Shown piece after piece: positions 1 to 8,733 of a stretch of 64,000 nt of DNA. A program made the translations under genes and the position numbers. The stretch is from assembly GCA_030141605.1 (NCBI GenBank), contig JAQGDQ010000972.1:10412-74411 (forward strand). Reading direction: 5' to 3'. Below the pieces are notes generated by a model. That model was given only the letters and a program-made list of their open reading frames with translations. It searched no databases and was not told the origin of the DNA. This DNA is from Tubiluchus corallicola (taxonomy: Eukaryota > Animalia > Priapulida). The first letter of the stretch is position 1; each line of letters starts with the position of its first letter.

Positions 1-2700
1 TCACAAATAGAAAAGTTGCTCGTATCATCCCAACCTTGGATCGAATAAAAACTTAATAATTCGTTGGTTGTCTGAAAAATTTGCGAGGCTAACCCCAATT
101 GTGTCCTAAGTTGCCAGGCCGTCCACTGTCTCCAGCATTTGTATGACTTTACTGTCCGAGCCTTCAGTTACTTTCAACTGTGTTGCATATGAGGACACTA
201 GTAAGAAATCAGACCCTTGGAATTACTCATTAATAGTCTCTTTAATACCAAGTGAGCGTTCTTTAAGCTTCTGGTATTCAACGCCGCTATGCAATGGCTT
301 CGTGCGGACGAGTCCACCACAATATAGAGGGAGTTGAAAATAAATCGCACTCCGAACCCGTAACAATTAGCTTACTTAGCTTACTTGGCGTTGTTAAGAA
401 CATATCGTATATTGGAATGCCTTTGCCATATTGAAAAATATCTAGTTTCCTGATGCTACGTCTATTTTCAGTATTTGCCCCCTACATGTTTGCATTGCAA
501 ACTAGTCTCTGATATTGTCTTATATTGTCTGCTGTGCTTGCAGTGGGCTGGGCTCAAGGTGTTACTTTAACCCAAATGGCAGATTGAAAAACCGGCCAGA
601 TTATCAGTATATTCGATTCTCGCTTAGAGTCAGTCTTCATTGATTCATAAATGCTAGCAATTTGCTCAAAGTGTTCGTTTTCCTGCCATTTCTTAACATT
701 TGTCCTGGACGTGCATAAAAGCAAGACAGCTATTTATAAACCCATTTTTTTGTCGGGGCTCTTGCTGTGCAAGTCTGTACTCGAAATTCTTTCACTATTA
801 ACAACAACCTGCTGCAAGAATTCAATTTTTAGACCTTCACATTTTCACATTTTATTGGCAGCCATTTTCCCATGTTAATAGTTGAAAAAGCATTAGGAAA
901 ACATCAACTATTACCCAAAGCTACTTCGTAAAAACACTCAAATAACGATTTATAGCAACTAGGCATATTAGTGTTTTCCCACAATGAGTCGTAAATAATA
1001 TCTAGGAAAAGATGTATTGCTGAGCGCGTTATCTTATAATGAATCGCCTTCTTAAAGTCATTATCCTGAATTTGTAATTATCGCAATTGTCGCGTGAATT
1101 AAACAGGAAGAGCTGTTTTCGTCTGACGTTTTAATGTGTTTTCTTACTCGAATTTAATACATAGAAATTATGCATCATTTACGTGTGACGCAATGTGCTT
1201 TTAATGAATTGTGCAGCAATTAATCATGGCAAAGCAATAACTTGTGAGGTTAGCAATGTTTTACTGATTGTTAATATGACTGCGAACAAACAATGTCCTA
1301 CCAAGCGGTAGTGCAAGTAATTTTATTATTTTTTGGTTTAAAAATTCGTCAAGCGACTCTACTCTTTTTTAGGAAAAGGGGCACCAATCGGGCACCAAAT
1401 ACTTCTTTGTTAGCTCCAATGGACTTTACTTTTTCAATAATTTGGATACAAGCTGAAGGTCGTTGCAATCTTCTATTACGAATTCGTGTGTGCGTTCGAC
1501 TAGTCGTATGGCTATTATGACTTTTTAATCCGTGAGCAGTGGATTCACAGAGAGCCCAGAGATTCACAGTTTCACACGCTGATTTCTTTCATTTCATTAC
1601 TCCGCCAGAGACCGACTTTCGGCAATGCATAATATTGAATAACTCCAAAATTACCTAAAATCACGAAACTTTTAGACATCTGGGCCAGGATAGGGCTCAG
1701 GGAATGGTATGGTTTAAAAAACTGGGATTGTTTAAAATATCGATATCGAGATAGCAACGAAAATGTGAAAATGAGGGTAAACTATTCAACAACACATGAA
1801 TAAACTGCGCTAGACTAAACTTAGTCAAGCGATAATTAGCCACAAGCATAATGTACACTGGTCAGTCACGAATATAATAATCCACAGTTTTTGACCAGAG
1901 TAAACCACACTGGACCAGGTGCAGTCAAGTGATAAACACAGTTATATTCGTGGATTTGGATTGGAATTCATTCGGTTTTTTGCAGACATGTTTTTCTTTT
2001 CTTTTTTGAAAATTCAAACCGGGACTTCATGACTGTAATTCAATGAAACTGTACATATCCAGGGAACTAATTCGTCTTTAATGATACAAACCTTTAATGA
2101 AGCATAAATTATGCAAACCATTTAATAGCAGCCATGATTATTTAATTTGTCTTTGCTAGCTGAAAGGCATGTTTATTCCTATAGGGAATGCAAGCAATAT
2201 CGTAATAATTGCCGGAGATAATAAAATTTTTGTTGAAAAATTTAAGCGATTTGATCTAACTGGATTCCGTTCAGTTAGTTTTTGTTTTACGGCAACATGG
2301 TATCAGCTAAGTTATTTTTTAGTCCAGAAATTTGTAGGAAGTTTTTAAAATCAGGAATTCCACTATCCTTAATGTTGCTTCTGTTTTCTAAAATAGAACA
2401 GAAATAAACTGCCTACCACAATCAAGCTTTTTGGCATTGCAGGTTGAAGTCTTGTTTCTGTTTTTTAAGAAGTAACTATTTGATTTATAGACTCTGCATC
2501 AAACACGGATATTGCATGAAAAGATGACTGAGCTAGTAGCAATACAACTGCGTTCTCAGCGTTATTACAAATTTGTGCCTCTTTCTTCAAGTTATTATTA
2601 TCTGGGAATAAACGTTGGCCAAGTGCATCTACTGCAATTTTGAGATTAATCCAACTCTTGGCTGTACGGATCTTCTGAGACAACTGGGTTGTGGTCATGG

Positions 2701-2830
2701 AAAGTACACTACCGGTGGCTGTGCAACTGTTTGCATTAGATCCAGACCTAAAAAGTACACTACCCGTAAGGGTCTTTGTGGCTGTGCAACTGTTTGCATT
2801 AGATCCAGACCTAAAAAGTGCATTTCCGTA
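2701..2830. repeat. Local tandem duplication (periods 51 and 63 bp)
   Basis: An identical 42-bp block at 2715-2756 and 2778-2819. The motif aaagt(a/g)ca(c/t)t recurs at 2701, 2752 and 2815. Confidence 0.85.
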
Positions 2831-3054
2831 GAGTATTTCCTGCCTAGCGTAAATGGGGTTTTGCTGCTCTATAATTTTACAATGAAAGGTCCGCAAAGAG
2901 CGGATTTTAAGTGCACATGTTTCCTCGACGTATGGAATAGTCGCAAGAGATATGAAAACTAAACCGAATTGTAGGCAAAGTAGATAGTTCTGCAAAGCAC
3001 ACTATCCAGAAGAAATAAGGAATAAAGAAATCAACGAAACCTTCGAAAGTTAAA

Positions 3055-3194
3055 GTTTACAATCCCCCCACACACACAAGAAATTAGTTTAGGATTAGGA
3101 TTAGGAATCAGGATTAGGATTAGGTTTATGGTTAGTGTAGGGTTAGGGATAGGGTTAGGGTTAGGGTATTTAAATTGTGTTGGGAATTGTAAAC
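3055..3194. mobile_element. Short non-autonomous element: degenerate (TTAGGG/TTAGGA)n between inverted repeats
   Basis: GTTTACAATCCC at the left end and GGGAATTGTAAAC at the right end flank telomere-like hexamers. A related copy lies at 15797-15913. Confidence 0.6.
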
Positions 3195-3741
3195 CCCTTC
3201 CCGTTATAAAAATGTTAATTAAAATTGCTAAAACATTTCACATGTTTTGAGAGACAAAGGTGCTCTTTTCGCATATTGTACATATTTGAAAAACCTGATT
3301 GCTAAGTGGATTTGTTAGAACCGATGACTGCTGGATAGCCATAAATCTAAATCTCAAAAACAATTTATCTTTCTCAGTTTACTATAAATAGATAGTGTAT
3401 AATTTACATATATCTATGAGCAGCACTGAGTATTACATTTAAACTCTACGATTACACGCATCTTTGTCAGTTATCGCCCATTTTGAATAAATATTAGATT
3501 TCTTCCCAAGAACAAAAATTAAATTCCACGAATGCTTTTTATCAGGTCTTCATGAAACTTTACTCACTGCATAAAAATAAAAACTTGAAAAGATATCGAA
3601 CATGTCCCAAAGAGAAAAGTCATTTGAAGAAAATTAATAATAAATTTTTGTGCTACATGTTGTATTTTAACGTTTCTGATCTTGGTTAAGTAACATTCAC
3701 CTGTTGCAAGTTATCTAAGTACTGTATTAATTTAACACTGC

Positions 3742-4013
3742 CTAACGCCCCTCCGTACTTTCCCGCAAAGATTGTATATCCTCTGCCAATTTTTCTGGAC
3801 TGATTACGACGACCGAAAAGTCTTTTAATAAATCCCAGATTTCTTTATCCATCGATCTGCCTGCCTGTACAACCGGTTGCCTGGCTGCCATTGCGGGATC
3901 CGACCGACCTATCATTCGTGGAATGTATGGTTCGTCAAAAATGATGTCGTCTCTTTTGGGTCCTTCTACGGATCGCCCTTGTACGTTCCTTTCGTCTGCA
4001 TATATACTGTAAC
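3742..4013 (-). CDS. Coding exon of a putative neuropeptide/prohormone precursor
   Basis: Acceptor tttatattttAG at 4014-4015, then 89 open codons YSIYADERNVQGRSVEGPKRDDIIFDEPYIPRMIGRSDPAMAARQPVVQAGRSMDKEIWDLLKDFSVVVISPEKLAEDIQSLRESTEGR and TAG at 3742-3744. Contains one KR, three GRS and a terminal GR. A CAG|GTGAAT donor lies at 3701/3700 in the 3' UTR. Confidence 0.65.
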
Positions 4014-4863
4014 CTAAAATATAAAAAAAAACAATTTTTTCGTTTTTGTACAGGTTTACTTGTCTTCATTTTAAGAAAAAAATATGTCAGATAAGTTAAT
4101 AAGAATTAAAATGGATAGTTATAAAAAGAAACAAATGGAAAATGGACAAACAAAACAACTAAAGAAGAAAACAGGGAAAGAAAAAAGAAAGGTAAACAAA
4201 AATAATAATACAAAAGAAAACGAAATTACAAATAAAAAATGTAAGAGACTGCGAAAACGACATACGTTTAACCTATAATGAAAGAATTTGGGTATAAATT
4301 GCCTATAATGAAAATGTGTATCAAGAAAAACTGAACTTTAATTCCGATATATTTCGATGTCCGTAGTGGAGGTCATTATAAATTTAAAGATTTAAAACTT
4401 TAAACTATTAGAAGTATATAGAAACAATTATTTACTGACGTTAAAATAAAATTGTGTCCATTCCAGCTAGCACTAACATTAAATAAATTTGGTAAAATTA
4501 AACATAGCGCTGATGTGGAAGTCGTTACAATTAGAACATATTTTAAACAACCGGATTTTTTTTATATAATGTTAACATTACTAGTTTTTTAAAAAGCATA
4601 AAATGTATTCAAAACCCTTGAGTTATTTTCATTCATAAGTAAAAATTGTTTGTATAGTCTCAAATAATTGGACAAACTATCTGAAATAAAGCTAAATAAG
4701 AAAATTATAGCTAGTTAGAGGTAATTGATACGACATTTTTCAGAATAAGTATTAGTTGCAAGGTGGAAAATAATTCGAGTGAGATGTGGAGAGCTCTAAT
4801 CCTCATATGTAACTAATAACAAACTTAAACTAACACAGGACGAGTTGGAGAGGAGAGATTTAC

Positions 4864-4920
4864 ATAATGTCACTAGAATCAGAGCGAGTTTTATCCAGTA
4901 TGGGCAATGTTTTGTCTGTT
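4864..4920 (-). CDS. Upstream exon encoding most of the signal peptide of the same precursor
   Basis: Acceptor ttttgttacAG (AG at 4921-4922) and donor T|GTAAAT (4864/4863). Encodes QTKHCPYWIKLALILVTL and joins in phase 1 to the 4013 exon, giving ...IKLALILVTLCYSIYA-DE, a typical signal-peptide h/c region. The start-codon exon is not determined. Confidence 0.5.
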
Positions 4921-5353
4921 CTGTAACAAAATTAACTTAATATGCCTTCTATCAACATCAAATCCATGAGACAAAATCACAGTGCACTTTTCCGGAGGTG
5001 ATTTAGTTTGTCCTAATGAAGAGTTCATCAGTCTAGTTTCAGCACAGAACTTCTTTCTTTGAGTGCCAGATAGCTTGTATGAGGCGAATAGTAATATAGC
5101 AAGAATAAGAAACGCCATTTTTAACGACTAACTAAGCTGTTACAGAGAATATATGGATGCATTATCTAGACCTAACACTGAGCACTGATATTTTGAGCAA
5201 ATTATTTGTTCTTAATTACAGGAAAAATGATTATTGGAAATTTTTATTGCCAATTGTGTAACTTGCTTAATTATTCAACGTTAATCGTCAAAATCTGTCA
5301 TCCGACCAACCATCAGCTTCTGAAAAAACCAGATTTTTTGAGAGATCCATGAG

Positions 5354-5774
5354 CAGAGCGGATTGTGACATTTTGGGGCCCTAGGCTGATGAAATAATGG
5401 GGCCCCCTCAGATGGAGCCACCTTCTAATTTACTCGTATTAGTCTCGAATATTTTTACTTGCGATATATTTTAGCGGCACTTGCATAGCTGGGGCCCCAT
5501 ATTACAAATAAAGGGCTTCAAAGAGGGGCCTTTATCTCAAACAAAGGGCCTCAAACAAGGGCCTTTTGTCTCAAGTAAAAGGTCTCAAACACGAATCCTT
5601 TATCTTAAATGAGGAGCCACTTTAAAATTTGATTTTCGAATTTCCTGTCTCCTTGTTTAAATCTGAAATTTTATTTTAAATTACTAGATTTATTCAGCAG
5701 TGCAAAGTAGCTGCCCCCAAGCTTAAGGGTCCTTGACTGCAGCCAATACTAGCCTATAAGGTAATCCAGCCCTG
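5354..5774 (-). mobile_element. hAT-type MITE, family A, copy 1
   Basis: Ends CAGAGCGGATT...AATCCAGCCCTG. The 8-bp flanks tccatgag/tccgcgag differ only by CpG-type changes. Reverse-complement similarity to 60187-60572 (ctcagatggagccac, ctgcagcc..actagcctata). Confidence 0.75.
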
Positions 5775-5839
5775 TCCGCGAGCCAAATAATCAATTATGT
5801 AAAAGTAAAGGCAACACTAAATTAGAAATTCTGAAGACC

Positions 5840-5912
5840 GTTTTCACCTCTACTTGTACTCGAACCCGAAACCTTTTCAGGCAGTTGTGCTAACTAACCC
5901 TTACTCCACAGA
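5840..5912 (-). mobile_element. tRNA-derived SINE head remnant
   Basis: Minus-strand A-box-like TGGAGTAAGGG and B-box GGGTTCGAGTAC at tRNA-like spacing, with no intact cloverleaf. Confidence 0.45.
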
Positions 5913-6457
5913 AGCACCTGACAGCTAACAGGCCTGTCATACAGATAATCAGTTTTAAAACCTGATTCTTGGGAGGCAGTTCCTGAAGTTGTCGGGTATG
6001 TGTAGGAGAGAAGAGTAATTAAATTTTCCTCTTCCAATTAGTACAGGTTTGCACTTATTTAACACATTTTATTACGTGCCGGGAATTCTTGTGTATAAAT
6101 GGCTTTAATCTTTTATGAAGTATGAGGGCTAATATCCGTGTGTCAAACACAGTCATCATATAATTTGCATTACGCAAATACGACGTGTGTAGGTCTGTTT
6201 GTCTGTTTGTTTGTCAGTCAGGCGTGGTGCAGTTACATCGCGAACTGCATGCGAATCCCACCTAGTTAATTGCAAATACAACACGCATGCAGCGCAAAGT
6301 GGAGAGAAAGTGCTAAGCCACTTTACAGCATTAACAGCACAATAAAATTACGAATAGCAGACATTTCGTGAATGATATCTCGTTTATTTGATTTTTGTTG
6401 ATCGAGTTAAGAAAGGTCTAGCTTTTAAGATCTAACTTTGTATGTCTTTGTTTATAT

Positions 6458-6825
6458 TGTACTGCAGGGCTGTGATGAGGTACTGTAATACTGGCAGGAG
6501 AATACAGCAGACTTCTCAGGTGTGCGTGTGAACGTGGCTTTAACTAGCTCATAGACGCTTATTCTGACCTTGTGTTAGTGGGAGCCACTAGTCACGTGCA
6601 CACCTGAGCTTATAAAAAGGGTAGGTCTGCTGTAGATCCTTGTCAGTGGTCAGTGGGCGTCTCATCTCATCTCAGCTCTGTTCGCACTTCATCAGGCTTT
6701 CTGTTGCTCCATTCGGTAAGCTATCTGGAACATTTATTTTGTTTGGGTAATAAATCGCATTTTTATTTTATTCATTTTGGTTTTTGTCTTTGAGTCATGC
6801 CGCACTAAAAGTGGAGAGCAGTCCA
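6458..6825 (+). repeat. 5' LTR (368 bp)
   Basis: Imperfect terminal inverted repeat TGTACTGC...GCAGTCCA, TATAAAA at 6611 and AATAAA at 6749. Direct repeat of 15063-15466. Confidence 0.97.
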
Positions 6826-6826
6826 C

Positions 6827-6847
6827 TGGTGTCAGAACAAGTGGGAT
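6827..6847 (+). promoter_or_regulatory. Primer-binding site, tRNA-Leu type
   Basis: TGGTGTCAGAAcaaGTGGGAT starts 1 nt after the LTR. It matches the tRNA-Leu complement TGGTGTCAGAAGTGGGAT apart from 3 extra nucleotides. Confidence 0.85.
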
Positions 6848-8733
6848 GTTACCCTCATCTGGGCATTCCGATTATTGTACTGGGGTTGATGTTGACTTAG
6901 AGCGGTTACAACACCGTCAGCTTGCCGATTTTCTATTAGAACAGAGTGTGTATTCTTTTAATGGTCAAGAATTAAGGGGCACTGCCTTAGATTCTACGGA
7001 ACATTGCTATAGTTTTGATGTTAGTTGTACTAATAATGAGGATGTATTGTCGATCTGTGCTTGTAATACAACTAATCCGTTTGTTACTTGCCCTGTGCAT
7101 AACCTTTGTACTGAAAAGCATGCAGCGAAGCCACCTGAATGTTCAAGTAGGCAAAGCCAAGGTCAGCTACCTTTGCTACCTGCTACTTCACAACATTCCG
7201 CTTCCCAGCCTAGCGCGAGTACTTGGGGCATGTCTAATATTGATTTTCTTTTAGGGCACGCGGCTAGCGATCCAAATGCGGCATTGGGTACGCGAGTTAG
7301 TCCAAGTAATCAAAATTTTGGGCAAAATTTCGCGTCAGATACTTATCAAATCAGACAACAGTTGTCTAGTATTTCTGAGAGTTTTCAAGACCTGAGAAAT
7401 GTGGTTGCTACGCTGCCTCAGGCAATTTCCAGTGCCAATTTTGGATTTTACTGCATGTCGCGAACCAGAGACGCCTACAACAGGTGGTATTTTGGCAAAG
7501 AAGCCTTTTTTGGGTTCTACCCCTGTAATGGCGAATACTGATACTGCTGACTCGCAGCATCAAAATCAAGGGTCTAGCCAGATTCAAAATGGTCCTTCTG
7601 GCTCTACCTCACGTGTACGTTTTGAAACTGGCCTAAGCAATCTAGACCAGTCTTTCGAGCCCATTTTGCGGACTTCCGGTTGTTCTACTGCACAAACAGG
7701 TTTGGCAACCAGCACCGTGGCACAAAATGCTGACAATGCTGCTGCAAACATGGCGAGTTACATCAGCATGGGGCGGCTCGGTGAAAAGGCACTCCGAGGT
7801 CTACCACCTTTTGATGGCGAGACAGTGTCTTGGGAAAGTTTTGAGGCACAGTTCCAGCTTCTCCGTCGGGCTAATGGCTGGGACAACACCGAGGCTGGTG
7901 CGCGATTAGCATTAAAATTAAAAGGGAGTGCTGCGGGCGTGCTGGAAGTCATTCCAGAGGCGCAAAGGTCCAACTATGATGTCCTTTCGTCGGCTCTTTG
8001 TCGCAGATACGGCTATCAAAATAGAGAGAGCGTTTATCGTGCGCATTATAACGCCAGAGTACGCCACACTGGGGAAGATTTAAGGCAATACGCTGAGCAA
8101 TTGCGCGTTCTTTATCATCGTGCATTTCCAACCGTTGATACAAAAACTGCTGAGCAACAGCTAATTCATAAATTCGTAGATGGTTTAATGGATTCTGAGT
8201 TAGCAATACACATTCAGCAAAGTGTACCGCCTGATCTCGCAAGTGCTTTAGCTACTGCACTTACAGTTGAGTCCATTCGGGCTACGTCTAAACGAGTAAC
8301 AGAAAACGAACCCCCAAGCAAAAGCTCGATTAAGGTTCAGCACCTACCTGTTACCTCGCCCCCCAGTTCGAAATTCAAAAGCCCAAATAACGACGTTAGC
8401 AAATCTGCTCGTAACCGCACCCCTGAAAAACATGGCAGAGGTTCAAATGTTGGCCAGAATAAGTCTCCTAAACCTACGGGTCGTGGTTCAGGCCCAGTTT
8501 GTTACAATTGTGGTGGTTTTGGGCATTTAGCGAGACAGTGCTCTTCCCCTCCCCATAGTTGGACAGGCCAACCAACTCGCCATAGAGCACAAATTTCTAA
8601 TAATTTTTGCCAGAACAATGGTTTTTCTGCAAATATGGGGCAAAATTATCCATGTACTGGGACTACCCCCCAAAATTATTACCATTCAACAGCTAATTAC
8701 AACAACTTCGGTCGTGGGCGTTCGCATTTTTAA
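6846..8733 (+). CDS. gag: Gag (one apparent 1-nt frameshift near 7421)
   Basis: ORF from ATG 6846 overlaps ORF 7399-8733. The latter has capsid-like motifs (LPPFDGE..W..FE..F...AN.W, R...GE.LRQYA..LR.L) and the zinc knuckle CYNCGGFGHLARQC. Confidence 0.85.

Noticed and set aside
1867-1952. 11-bp inverted repeat CACGAATATAA...TTATATTCGTG
   Set aside because: No TSD or second copy seen, so it could be chance or an unrecognisable MITE remnant.
3087-3167. True telomere or fusion scar
   Set aside because: Short, degenerate and bounded by inverted repeats shared with a second locus.
4084-4278. Lys-rich 64-aa ORF, and Phe-rich ORF 26951-27277
   Set aside because: A-rich or T-rich low-complexity DNA. 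The first lies inside the predicted intron.
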